64,000 bases of DNA from Prorocentrum cordatum (Eukaryota): contig CAUYUJ010000092.1 of assembly GCA_963575745.1 (NCBI GenBank), forward strand, positions 248,001 to 312,000, in the 5' to 3' direction. The position numbers and the translations under genes are program-made. Position 1 is the stretch's first letter; every line of letters begins with the position of its first letter. Under the pieces are notes generated by a model that was not told the DNA's origin, made no database searches, and worked only from the letters and a program-made list of their open reading frames with translations. This document shows positions 25,645-38,300 of this stretch, one piece after another.

Positions 25645-26960
25645 GGGAGTACGGAGTTGGGAGTAGGGAGTGGTGAGTAGTGAGTAGTGAGTTAGTGCGT
25701 AGTGGGTAGTGAGTATTGGGTACTGAGTAGTGGGTAGTGAGTGGCGAGTAGCGAGTAGGGAGTAGGAAGTGGGGAGTAGTGAGTAGTGAATAGTGAGTAG
25801 TGTGTACTGATAAGTGAGTAGTACATGGCGAGTAGTGAGTGGTGAGCAGTGAGTAGCGAGTAGCGAGTAGTGAGTACTGAGTAGGGAGTACGGAGTAATG
25901 AGTAGTGGGTAGTGAGTAGTGGGTAGTGAGTAGTGGGTGGCGAGTAGTGAGTAGTGAGTAGTGAGTAGTGGGTAGTGGGTAGTGCGTAGTGCGTAGTGAG
26001 TAGTGAGTAGTGAGTAGTGAGTAGTGAGTAGTGAGTAGCGTGTAGTGAGTAGTGAGTAGTGAGTAGTGAGTAGTGAGTAGTGAGTACTGAGTACTGAGTA
26101 GTACGTAGTGCGTAGTGAGTAGTGAGTAGTGAGTAGTGATGAATAAAGAGTAGTGGGTAGTGGCAGTGGGTAGTGAGTAGTGAGTAGCGAGTAGGGAGTA
26201 GCGAGTAGTGAGTAGTGAGGAGCGAGTAGGGCGTAGTGACTAGTGAGTAGTGTGTTGAGAGTAGGCAGTAGTGAGTAGTGGGTAGTGATTAGTGAGTAGC
26301 GAGTAGGGAGTAGGGAGTAGGGAGTAGTGAGCAGTGAGTAGTAAGAAGTGGGTAGCGAATCGTGGGTAAGGAGTAGCGATTGGTGAGTAGTGGGTAGTGG
26401 GTAGTGAGTAGTGACTAGTTACTAGGGACTAGTGAGTTGTGACTAGTGACTAGAGACTATGTAGTGACTAGTGAGTAGGGAGTGGTAGGTAGTGAGTAGT
26501 GAGTAGTGAGTATCGGGGAGTTAGTAGTGAGTATTGAGTAGCGAGTATGGGGTTAGCGAGTAGTGAGTGCTGAGTACTGTGTAGTCCGTATTGTGTACGG
26601 AGTAGGGAGTAGCGAGTAGGGGGTAGTGAGTAGTGATTTGTGGGCAATGAGTAGTGAGTAGTGGATCGTGGGTAGTGGGTAGTGAGTAGTGATTAGTGAG
26701 TAGTGAGAAGGGAGTAGTGAGTAATGCTTAGTGAGTAGTGAGTATTGAGTAGAGGGTAGTGCGGACTGAGTAGTGAGTAGTGAGTAGGGAGGAGGGAGTA
26801 GGGAGTAGTGAGTAGCGAGGCGAGTAGCGAGTAGTGGGTGGTGGGTAGTGAGTAGTGGGTAGTGAGTAGTGAGTCGTGAGTAGCGAGTAGGGGGTAGTGG
26901 GAAGTGAGTAGCGACTTGCGAGTAGTCAGTAGTGGGTAGTGAGTAATGAGCAGTGAGTGC
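25645..26960. repeat. degenerate heptamer satellite (GAGTAGT)n
   Basis: Direct observation. Confidence 0.95.
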
Positions 26961-27409
26961 TCTTTGGGGCTGGGGTTGATTAGGGGTTTGGGTTAGGGTG
27001 AGGACTAGGGGTAGGGGTGGCGGGGGTCGGGTTCCGGAGTCAGGGGGCGGCGTGACGAAAGGGGGGGAAAAGGGGGGGGTCCCCGACGACGGATCGGGAA
27101 AGGGGGGAGGGGGGGGGTCTCCGACGACGGATCGGGGAAGGGGGAGGGGGGGTCGTAACCCCCCCCCCCCTTGGGGAGATCCAGCGGCGCACCCTCGGAA
27201 ACAACTGCTTCCCAAGGTAAGAGGAGGGAGGGATGGAGGGGGGAATGGGGAACAGGATCAGGGGCAATAGTAATGTCAGCTTGTGGTTCACAAATTTCTA
27301 TCCCCCCCGCGGGGCTGATGAATAGACCCCGCGGGGCGCGAAACATTTTTCAATTCTTGACGTTTCGCGTATCCCCACCAGCCCATCCATAATTGATTGC
27401 AAGTTTTCT

Positions 27410-28120
27410 TGAGGCCTCTTGGAGGCTATCTCGAGCCATGCTCGGCTAGAGGCTGCCGGAGGCTATCTTGAGCCATGCTCGGCTATCTTGGGCCATCTTG
27501 AGGCTGCCTTGAGGCCTCTTGGAGGGCTGTCGGAGGCTATATTGAGCCATGCTTGGCTATCTTAGGCAATTTTGAAGGCCATCTTGGGCTATCTGGTGCT
27601 CTCTTGGAGCCATCTTGGGCAAAAAAGGGCGGAGTGGAGGGTTTTTGGGAGAGGCCGGGGGGCCTCTTGGGGCCATCTTGGGCCCCATGGCTCAAAAAAA
27701 GGGGGGGGGAAATTCCCCCCCCCTCCCCCCCTCGGAGGCTCTCAAACGGCATCTTGGGGCCCTCTTGGAGCGCTCTTGGGCGCCTCTTGGGCGATCTTGG
27801 GGCCGTCTTCGGCCTTCTTGGGCCCCTCTTGGGCCTCTTTTGGGCCATCTTGGGGCCATCTTGAGGCTTCCAAAGCCCATCGGAAGCGAAAAGGCGATAA
27901 TGCCAAACACATTGATTTTCCATAGGCTTTTGAACGGTTTGGGCATCTTGGACGGCGCCGTGGAGGGCTCGAAGGGCACTTGGATCCGTCTTGGGGCTGT
28001 CTTGGGGCCTCTTGGGGGTATGTCGGAGGCTATCTTGACCCATCTTGAAGTTGGGCCATCTTGGAGGCCATCTTGCGACTTCGAAACCCTCTTGGAGCAA
28101 TCTTGGGCCATCTTGGACGC
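27410..28120. repeat. degenerate ~11-bp repeat region (ggccatcttg/ggcctcttgg)
   Basis: Recurring GCCATCTTG/GCCTCTTG motifs. Confidence 0.75.
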
Positions 28121-29399
28121 TCCAACGCTTCGGTACCCCCCCCTTCCTGGCCCAAGGGAGGGGGTAGGGGGAGGGGTTTCAGTGGAAGAGAGAAGAATAA
28201 ACGCGTTATACCACCTAAGCCCAGAGGGCTGGTGGGATTACGTGCGCCAGGGGGTCGTGGCTGGCGGCGCCGAGGGGTTCGTGGCCCCCCCTGAATGATA
28301 GCCTCAAAACGGTTGCGTTTCGTATAGAATTTGGTACATGAGATCGTACACATCCGAGGCGGCCCAAAACCCTAACGGCCCCACCGTTGCCCCTCGCGGG
28401 AGGAAGACAACTAACGTCCGAAAGTATTTGGGGAACCGACGGCAACGTCCGACGACGTCCCCCCCCTCTTCACGGCCCCAGCCCCTAACGGCCCCACCGT
28501 TGCCCCTCGTAGGAGGACGACAATTGACGTCCGAAAGTGCTTGCGGAACCGACGGCAACGTCCAAAACGTCTCCCCCCCCGGACGGCCCTGACCTGTAGA
28601 CTGCCGACCCCATCGCTGCCCCGCGCCGGCAGGACGAGAGGGCGCGGCATGCCCGTGGGGCGCGGATGAAGCTTCGGCATTCTCTCCCCACGGTCTCTTC
28701 TCTTGGTCATGGCTCGGGGGCAGCAAGATGGGGGGGGATGATGACTCCGGGTTTCTCTATAAGCGTGGGGGGGTACTCCCCCGACGCGGGTCAACCTCGC
28801 CTTGTCGTCGCGCCGCGACGGGGTCGGAACGCCGTCGGCGCGCGGTGGCTGCCCGCGACGGGGGTCGATGTGGGGCTGTCGGCGGGGGGTGACCCCCCCC
28901 GACGTTGTGGGGGGTGGACAACTATCATGGTGGGGGCCACGATGTCTTCCCAGACTTCGTGGCGCCTCTTCTTGTCTAGTACGTCCCCAGCCCCCCTTCC
29001 CGGGCCGCGCACGTGCCGCTGGCCATTACTTGCGCTCCCCCCCCGCCCTCTTGGGCGCCCCCTCCCTTGCACGCTCCCGAAACGTGATCGCTATGTTGCC
29101 CTCCGCTCCCCCTCTCGCTGCTGCTCGGCCGTGCTGCCGCTCCTTCCCTCCTCGGCCTCCTCCTCCTCTTCTTCTCCCTCTTCCTTATTTAATAGTATTG
29201 GTATTCTTGTTATGTGTATTATGATTATTATTAGTATTAGTTTTTCTTGTGTTGATTATTATGTTGTTCTTCTTCTTATCATAGTTTTTATGTGTCTTAT
29301 TATTCGTATTATTCTTATTATTTCTGTTATTTGCTCTCTTGCTTTTTTAGTATTATGATTATGATTCGTATGTTTGTTTGGTGTTTTTTTTCGTGTTCC

Positions 29400-30827
29400 T
29401 CCTCCTCATCTCCCCCTTCTTCCTCCATTCCTTCTCCTTAAGAGTAATTTCTCCCTGTCGCACCCCCACACCAGTTGTTAGGGTGGGCCAGGCGTTTCGC
29501 CTGAGACTTTCTCACCGTTTATGTCAAGCAGTGGCGAAGTGCCCTGGTTCGCCTATAGGCCTACCACAGAATATTATAAGAACCTTTTGCGGTTTCAAAA
29601 GAAGGTTTTTAGAACATGTCTGGCTGGCACTGTTTTGTTTTAAGACATCGGGTTGGCGTTCTAAGACTATCGTTTTTGTTATTCAATCATTATTGGGTTC
29701 TAAAACCTTTTGTGGTAGACCTATAAGAATGCAGGACGGCCGGTCTCTGCTCAATAACATGATGCTGAAGTTAAAAAAGTGACAACCTATTCACATATGG
29801 AGGGCGGGCCGTTTTCAAAATGTGGCTCTCGCTTCAGCGCCGCGCGCATTTGTTGTTGAACAATTTGCAAGAGCTGCACGGGTTGAGGGCGGGTGCTTTT
29901 CAAAATGTGGCGCTCGCCTTAGCGCCGCACGCATCTGTTTATTCAAAATTGGAGGAGTTTCATCGGTTGAGGGCGGGTGGTTTTCAAAATGTGGCTCTCG
30001 TCTCAGCGCCGCGGACATTCTATGTCTAGATTTGCAAGCGTTTCAAAGATTGAGGGCGGGTGGTTTTCAACATGGGGGTCTCGCCTTAGCGCCGCGCACA
30101 TTTCTTTTAAAAATTTGCAAGCGCTTCACGGATTGAGGGCGGGTGGTTTTCAACATGTGACTCTCGCTTTAGCGCCGCGCACACTCGTTTCAAGCATTTG
30201 CAAGAGTTTCGCGGGTTTCCGTGACCAACGTACCAGGAAATGTGTTTTGGAGGGGTTCAGGATTATGCGGGCGCAACAGTTTTGTGGATCTCGCTGTGTT
30301 GAAATTCCAAATTTGGAGTCCTGGCACGATTCCTGATCGTCAAGACGCAGCAGTCATGTTGATACGTGGCGTTGAAATCCCGAGAACAATGTTTTGGCAC
30401 GCTTCAAGATATTCAAACTGTTGTGTTCCAGCGAGGCTGTTCCCTCAATGGACATGAACCGTTGTGAGGGCCTATGAAGAGGGAGCTTGGAGGGAGGGTT
30501 AACTCCAACATCGTTGATGACTCGTGGGTTTCCACTGGTCCTCCTCCCCCTCCTCCTCCATTCCTTGTCCTCATACGTAATTTCCCCCTGTCGCACCCCG
30601 AGGCCAGTATTTAGGGCGGGCCGGGCGTTTCGCATGAGACCCCGTGGCCATTTATGACCCTGAAGCTTAAACATTGGCAACAGTATCACAGATGGAGGAC
30701 GGGTCGTTTTCAAAATGTGGTTTTCGCTTGAGCGCCGCGTGCATTCGTTGGCTAAATTTGCAAGAGATTCACGGATTGAGGGTTGGTGCCTTTCAAAAAG
30801 CGGTTCTCGCCTTAGCGCCGCGCACAT

Positions 30828-30864
<37 letters not shown>

Positions 30865-31600
30865 AAATATGTTTTTTATATATAAAAAAAGAGAAAACAA
30901 AACAAAACAAAAAAAAAAACGAGCTTCACGGATTGAGGGCGGGTGGTTTTCAACATGTGGCTCTCGTTTTAGCACCGCGCATTTTCGTTGTAGACATTTG
31001 CAGGCATGTCACGGATTGAGGGCGGGTCGTTTTCAAAATGTGGCTCTCGCCTTAGCGCCGCGCACATTAGTTTTATACATTTTGCAAGAGTTTCACGGAT
31101 TGAGGCGAGTGGTTTTCAAAATGTGGCTCTCGCCTTCGAGCCGCGCACTTGTTTTAAACATATGCAGGAGCTTCACGGATTGAGGGCGGGCGGTTTTCAA
31201 AATGTGGCTCTCGCCTTGGCGCCGTGCACATTCTGGATACAAAATTGCAAGAGTTCCAAGGATTCCCATGGTCGGCGTACCAGAACATGTGTTTTGGAAG
31301 GGTTCACGATATTGAGGGCGCAGCAGGTAGGATGATTCGAGGAGTTGATGTCCCAGGAATGGCGTTCTGGCGCGACTCAGGATCGCCAAGATGCAACAGT
31401 CAGGTTCATCGGTGGCGTTGGAATACTGAGAACAACGCGTTGGCATGCTTCAGGGTCTCCAAACGGTTGTCTTCCACCGAGGCAGGTCCTTTCGCGGACT
31501 TGAATTGTTGTGGGGGCCTGTGAAGAGAGGGAGCTTGGCGGGAGGGTTTAATCCAACATCGCTGGTGCCTCTTAGGTTTACATTGGTCCCCCCTCCCCCT
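29400..31600. repeat. two diverged ~1.1-kb blocks, each with an ~84-bp tandem repeat
   Basis: Unit ttgagggcgggtggttttcaaaatgtggctctcgccttagcgccgcgcaca...tttgcaagag at ~84-bp spacing (29800-30200 and 30695-31250). Flanks are also duplicated (29400-29530 ~ 30540-30660; 30220-30540 ~ 31260-31590). Confidence 0.85.
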
Positions 31601-31889
31601 CCCCCGCCCCCTCCCCCGGTCCTTCCCCCCACCCTGGGAAGCGCCACGACATGCCCAAGCACCTCAACCCTGGAGCTGTCTCGGGGGCCTTGGGTGTTGC
31701 CCAGCGCTGGGCCCCGGCGCGCAGGAAGCGCGGGCAGAGGCTCGAGGCTCTGGGTTCGGGACAAGGTTTTCTGCCTCTCTCGGTCTCCAGGGGCCGGGTT
31801 CGGGTTAAGTCGGGGCACGTCCTTCTACAGGAGGAATATTCAGACAAAGTCAAAACATAGTAGGGGGGGATTGTTCTAAAATTATCCGG

Positions 31890-33542
31890 GCGAAAGACCC
31901 AACCATATGCAATTATGAATACCGCAATTGTGAATACCATCTTCGCCCGCGCTCCCTATGTGGCCACGGCTTCCCGCCGGAGCCCGACATGCTCAGGGAC
32001 ACGTTCGTGGTCGTCTTCGCGGGCGCCGACGACGACAAGGACGGCGTCCCTCTCACCGAGGAGCAGAAGCAGGAAAGGGCCTTGAGAGCCATGAGGGAGG
32101 AGGTGGCGTTGCACGTCGACAAGGCGGAGTACGACGCCCAGGCGCGGTTGTTGAAGCAGCACAACTATGGGGCCACGATCCTCGTGAGGGGTGTGCCGAA
32201 ATGGCCCGGGGCCGCCATGCGAACCCTGCCACTGGCGCCTTCGGTGGAGCTCCAGTGGGGCCACGGTCCTCGTGAGGGGTGTGCCGAAATGGCCCGAGGC
32301 CGCCATGCGAACCCTGCCACTGGGGCCTTCGGTGGAGCTCCCTATGGGGCCACGATCCTCGTGAGGGGTGTGCCGAAATGGCCCGAGGCCGCCATGCGAA
32401 CCCTGCCACTGGCGCCTTCGGTGGAGCTCCCTATGGGGCCACGATCCTCGTGAGGGGTGTGCCGAAATGGCCCGAGGCCGCCATGCGACCCTGCCACTGG
32501 CGCCTTCGGTGGAGCTCCCTATGGGGCCACGATCCTCGTGAGGGGTGTGCCGAAATGGCCCGAGGCCGCCATGCGAACCCTGCCACTGGCGCCTTCGGTG
32601 GAGCTCCCTATGGGGCCACGATCCTCGTGAGGGGTGTGCCGAAATGGCCCGAGGCCGCCATGCGAACCCTGCCACTGGGGGCCTTCGGTGGAGCTCCCTA
32701 TGGGGCCACGATCCTCGTGAGGGGTGTGCCGAAATGGCCCGAGGCCGCCATGCGAACCCTGCCACTAGGGCCTTCGGTGGAGCTCCCTATGGGGCCACGA
32801 TCCTCGTGAGGGGTGTGCCGAAATGACCCGAGGCCGCCATGCGAACCCTGCCACTGGCGCCTTCGGTGGAGCTCCCTTTATGGGTCCACGATCCTCGTGA
32901 GGGGTGTGCCGAAATGGCCCGAGGCCGCCATGCAAACCCTCTCACTGGCGCCTTCGGTGGAGCTCCCTATGGGGCCACGATCCTCGTGAGGGGTGTGCCG
33001 AAATGGCCCGAGGCCGCCATGCGAACCCTGCGAGTGGCGCCTTCGGTGGAGCTCCCTTATGGGTCTACGATCGTCGTGAGGGGTGTGCCGAAATGGCCCG
33101 AGGCCGCCATGCGAACCCTGCCACTGGCGCCTTCGGTGGAGCTCCCTATGGGGCCACGATCCTCGTGAGGGGTGTGCCGAAATGGCCCGAGGCCGCCATG
33201 CGAACCCTGCCACTGGCGCCTTCGGTGGAGCTCCCTATGGGGCCACGATCCTCGTGAGGGGTGTGCCGAAATGGCCCGAGGCCGCCATGCGAACCCTGCC
33301 ACTGGGCCTTCGGTGGAGCTCCCTATGGGGCCACGATCCTCGTGAGGGGTGTGCCGAAATGGCCCGAGGCCGCCATGCGAACCCTGCCACTGGGCCTTCG
33401 GTGGAGCTCCCTATGGGGCTACGAAACGCTGTGCTGGGTGGGTGAAACGCAAGGAGGAGGGGGAGGGGCAGCGGGAGGAGGAGTGGACGCGGGGCGCTGT
33501 CTCTTCAAAACGAGGACCCAACACCACAGGATGGTTGGGAAT
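31890..33542 (+). mobile_element. putative non-autonomous Helitron/Helentron-like element containing a coding relic and a tandem array
   Basis: Subterminal inverted 9-mer CCCAACCAT (31898-31906) / ATGGTTGGG (33531-33539) and a 3' hairpin cccaacacca..tggttggg. The fragment LRDTFVVVFAG...LHVDKAEYDAQARLLKQHNY (31989-32168) resembles the Helitron pre-Rep region. Confidence 0.4.
32165..33419 (+). repeat. 89-bp tandem repeat, about 14 near-identical copies
   Basis: Unit ctatggggccacgatcctcgtgaggggtgtgccgaaatggcccgaggccgccatgcgaaccctgccactggcgccttcggtggagctcc. Confidence 0.97.
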
Positions 33543-34124
33543 GTTGGCTATTTTTGAGCATTTTTTGACTGTTTCGCTTTTCTTCCAACATCCACCTGTA
33601 GGAGGACATGCCCGACCTACTGTTAGGGCCCAGTGACCAGAGAGAGTCTGCACCAGATGGGCCCCACGAGAGGTCCGGTGAGCGCTTTTGCGCGGATTTG
33701 GCCTCGCTCCCCCCCTTCCTGACTTATTTTCGGGGGTCCCAGCCACTTTTCCCCGGCCGCCTCCCACCCCAACCCGACCCAGAGGTTCCAGACCACCCCA
33801 AATTTCGTGTGAAAAAAAAGTTGAGTCCCTTAAAGTCTGTTTCGCGGGTTCACGCTGCGCCCCGCGTCCCGGTGCACCTGCGCAGGCTCGACGTCCTGCC
33901 TGCGAGGATCCCATTGGGCCCGCGCCAGCGCCTGCTGCCGCGGGACCTCCCAGAACTTCACCCACGTCTCCAGTGCAGACGCCCACTCGTCAGCTGACGC
34001 CCACCCGTCCGCAGCCGTGCCTTCAGGCACGGAGTGGGCGTGTCCTCAGATCCTCTCACGACTTCTCTAAGCCTCAGTCGTCACTCCTAAATGGTACCGG
34101 AAAGAAACCCAAACCAGAATCTGT

Positions 34125-34660
34125 TTGGGAACTACGGGGGTATACAGCTATAGAGCTACAGAACTATGGGACTATAGGGCTATACGGCTATACGTCTATT
34201 AAACAAAGAAGGCTATACGGATATATAGCTATAGAACTAGAGGGCTACAGAGCAACACGGCTATAGAGCTACAGTGCTATAGGGTTATCGGGCTATACGG
34301 CCACAAGGCTGCAAGGCTATAGGGCTATGAGGTATAGCGCTGTAGGCCTTCGGGGCTATAGAACTATGGAGCTATGAGCCATAAAGCTATGGGGCTACGA
34401 GGCTGTAGAACGATAAAGCTATAAACCTATGGGGCTACAGGGGTACAGAGCTATAGGCTTACAGGGCTACAGGGGCATGGGGCTATAGGGAGGGCCATAG
34501 AGGTATAGAGCTATAGAGCTATAGGGCTGCAGAGCTACGGAGCTACAGAGCTATCGGGCTAGGAGGCTATAGAGCTATAAAGCTATAGAGCTATGGGGCT
34601 AGGGCTGTTGGACTGTAGGGCTATAGGGCTATTGAGCAATAGAGCCATACAACTATAAAA
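34125..34660. repeat. degenerate ~8-9-bp repeat (gctatagag/gctataggg)
   Basis: Direct observation. Confidence 0.85.
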
Positions 34661-35096
34661 CACCCGGGCACCCAGGCACCCGGGCACCCCGGCACCCGGG
34701 CCAAACGGGAGGCCGAACGCACGCGTCGAGCCCTCGGCCCGAAGACGCCGCCAGAACACCCCAAGAGGCCCTCGAGAGCCCAAAGGACCCGAAACAAACC
34801 CACCAGAAGCCCTGAACCCAGAGACCCCCCCCAGAAGCCCGAAACGGGCCCCCAGAGGCTTCAAAACGTCCCCAATCGAACGCCGAAAAAGCCTACCCAC
34901 AACCCAGACACGGTGGCGGGACCGGCGAAAGGCCATGAGATACGCCAGACTCTCCAGCGGCAACTTCGCCTGGAACACGCGAGACATCCATTCCACACCT
35001 CGGCGGCCAAGCGAAGGCGGCGGCTGCGATGAGAACAACGGCGAGAGTGGGTCAAACACGCCCGACGACGCACCAGCCCCCGGGAACCTCAGAAAC

Positions 35097-35227
35097 TGTT
35101 GTAGATTGTATTTGCTGGGGTCAGGGACCCCCGTGTGCAGGAGTCAGCATGTTAGGGCAGAGAGGGAGCAAGCACTGCAGGTCCTTTGGCTTCGAGGGTT
35201 GAGAGGAAAAGCCTCGATATTGCTACA
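35097..35227 (+). repeat. 5' LTR
   Basis: TGTTGTAG...TGCTACA; matches 40852-40982. Confidence 0.97.
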
Positions 35228-35239
35228 TGGTAGCGGAGC
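35228..35239 (+). promoter_or_regulatory. primer binding site (tRNA-Met type)
   Basis: TGGTAGCGGAGC immediately after the 5' LTR; compare the canonical TGGTATCAGAGC. Confidence 0.8.
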
Positions 35240-35307
35240 TCGGTTCCTGTGCCCACGGGAGCTGAGCTCGCTCGCCGCGCCCAGACCTCCTGCCCGTGCT
35301 GGCGGAG

Positions 35308-38300
35308 ATGGCGGCGATCGATGTCGTCGACGTTCGGACCGACATGAGGCTTCAGAGGTTCGATGGTACGGACGAGAGATGGGCAGACTGGAGCCTCAGG
35401 TTCGAGGCCTACACCGCGCTGCTTGGCATGGAGGACCTCATGACGGAGGCGGCCAACAGGCGCGACCCACTGGCAACGGACCAGCTGGGGGACCAGGCGA
35501 GAGCGGTCAGCCAGAGGCTCTGGCATCTGCTGATCACGTGGTGCGACGGCAAGTCGCTGGGTGTGGTCAAGCTCTCGAGGAAGAATGGCCTGGAGGCGTG
35601 GCGGCAGCTCAAGATCGAGTATGAGAGCAAGTCGGGCAACAGGTGGACGGCCATGCTGCGCTTCATCCTGAACCCTCAGGACAAGTGGGCGAAGGATCGG
35701 GAGTCGGGCATCGACTTCTTTCAGTCTCTCACGGCGTGGGAGGCCATCGTCGCAGAGTACGTGGACCAGAGCGGCGAGGCGGTCTCGGACAACGTTCGAG
35801 TCAGTGTGCTGCTAGAGCACGCGCCAGAGCCGTACCGTGAGGTCCTTCGGCAGGCGCCTGAGGAGGTGAAGCTCACGTTCGCAGCGGCTCGGAGTCACAT
35901 CAGGGGCTACTACAATCAAGGGCGGACGTTCACCCACGTCCCAGACACTGGCGGGGTCGTGCCGATGCAGGTGGATGCAGTTCGAGTTGGACTGCATGGC
36001 GGCAAGTCGCACGGGAAGTCGGGCAAGACAGGCAAGATGGACAAGTCAGGGAAGTCTGGCAAGAATGTGAAGGGCTGCAAGGACTCGAAGACGAAGTCCA
36101 AGAACCGCGACGGCAAGCAGGGCCATGGCAAGGGCCAGTCCGACTACTTCGACGGCGAGTGTGGCTACTGCGGCAAGTGGGGCCACAAGCGGGCCGACTG
36201 CAGGAAGAAGAAGGCAGATGAGGCCAAGAAGGAGACTGGCAACACTCGCGCGGTTCAGGGAGATGGATCGGCCTCGAGCTCGGGACAGCAGCAGTCCGAG
36301 GGCGGGGTCCGCGCCGCGTCGGGCTACTACGACGGCGTTCCCGACGGCTGGGTGTTTGCGGTCTCAGCGGCGACGAGCGGCCAGGTGGCGAAGGTTGGAG
36401 GCTCCATCCTGATCGACAGCGGCAGCGACGACCACCTGTGCAGGCACAAGTTCGTCCCAGAGGCCCCAGTCAACAGTGCGACGGATGCCCCCAGGCTTTT
36501 CGACGTGCAGCAGCGACCGCTGCCCACAGCGGGCCTACGGGGTGTTGAGATGACGATGCAGGAGGGCATCAAGGCGACGGCAGACTTCCTCGTTGCCGAT
36601 GTGAATGACGACCTGCTGAGCATGGGCAAGCTGCTCAGGCAGGGTTTCAGGTTCAACCTCAGCATGGAGGACGGGCTCTACATGACGAAGGGCCACCGCA
36701 GCGTGCAGCTTGAGTTGGAGCGGAACAGCCTTAGGCTCCCGATCGTGTCCGCGAGCCTTGCGCCAGCGGCCCACCACTGCTGCGGCGCGGCAGGCCAGCA
36801 GCAGGCAGCGACGGCACCAGTGCTCACGGCGGAGAGCTCGGTCGGCGCGATGAGGACCAGGCTGAGGGAGCTGTTCATGCCGATCTACGGCACGAAGTTG
36901 GAGCTGTGGGAGCGGCTCATTGTGGCAGAGGCGGCTGCCAGGCGCTCGGAGGCGGAGAGGCTGCACAAGCTGGCGGTGAAGGAGCAGCTCGGGATTCAGC
37001 ACGATCCAGTCGAGCCGAAGCAGCTTCCAGTTCCGAAGGCCCCGAGCGCGGAGGAGGAGAGACAGCATCGCCTCACGCATCTCCCTGCTGCTCCGTGGTG
37101 CGAGGAGTGTGTCAGGGCCAAAGCTCCTGATGCACCTCACTCGCTGGTCAGGCTCGAGGACTCAGAGCAGAAGCACCCACTCATCAGCTACGACTTCGGC
37201 TTCTGCAAGACAGCCGACGAGGAAGGGGACCTGACCAAGGTAGAGGACACCTACGCGACGATGCTGGTGGCGTTCAGCTCTGACACTGGAGTGGTGAAGG
37301 TTATTCCGTGTGCGTCAAAGGCAGCTTCACCATACGCCATTGCAGGCATCAAGTCCTTCGTGCAGAGGCTCGAGACGGGCAAGTGCAGGCTCAGGACGGA
37401 CACGGAGCAGGCGACGAAGGCCATCATGGACGGCGTGGTCAGCGAGCTCGCGGGCAAGGTCACGGCAGAGCTGACCCCCAAGCACAGCAGCCAGTCGAAC
37501 CCAGCGGAGGCAGCGGTGAAGATAGTCGAGGGCCAGACGAGGGTTCTTAGGCTGGACCTCGAGAAGCGCTACGACACGAAGGTGACGGCGGCCATGCCAA
37601 TCTGGGCGTGGATGATGCGTCACGCTGGGTGGCTTCACGAGAGGTTCTCGAGGCGAGCTGGAGGTCAGAGCCCGCACGAGATCGCGACAGGCACGCCGTA
37701 CAAGGGCGACATCTGCAACTTCGGCGAGACGGTGCTGCATCGGGTTGCGCGTCCTGCGCATCGAGGTCTCACTGGAGGTCGGCGTCTGCATCGAGGCGAG
37801 GCTCAGTGGGGCAAAGGGATCTGGGTCGGCAGGTCGGACGAGTCGCAGGAGCACCTGGTGATGACGCCTCGGGGGCTTGACCGCGCACGGACGGTGCGAC
37901 GGCTCCCTGAGGGAAGGCAGGCTGACAAGGAGCTCCTCATGACGGTGACGGGGCTGCCTTGGGCTGCGAGGACGGCCCCCGAGAGGTCGAAACGCAGGCG
38001 GGCGCCTCAGCAGATCGCGACGGAGCTACCGAGGGCAGAAGGACCTCTTCAGCCTGACGCTCCCCAGCCGCAGCAGGCAGGACAGCCAGAGGGCGGAGCA
38101 GCGCCTGCTCAGCCTCAGGCACCGCAGCAACCACCTCCGCCGGCAGCGGCAGCGGCTCAGCAGCCGCAGCCCCCAGCACCAGAGCCGCCGGCGCCCAGGG
38201 ATGTGGCGATGGGGGCGGCGCCCTCGCAGGCAGCGAGACGTGGGGTCTCGCCAGCAGCAGAGGTCTCCGAAGGCAAGCGAGCACGAGTTGCAGCGGTTCA

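Noticed and set aside
26960..27020. Telomere-like G-rich repeats
   Set aside because: Only isolated TTAGGG-like words, with no regular array.
32165..33419. CRISPR array or repeat-protein ORFs
   Set aside because: Head-to-tail identical units with no unique spacers; an 89-bp period breaks the reading frame.
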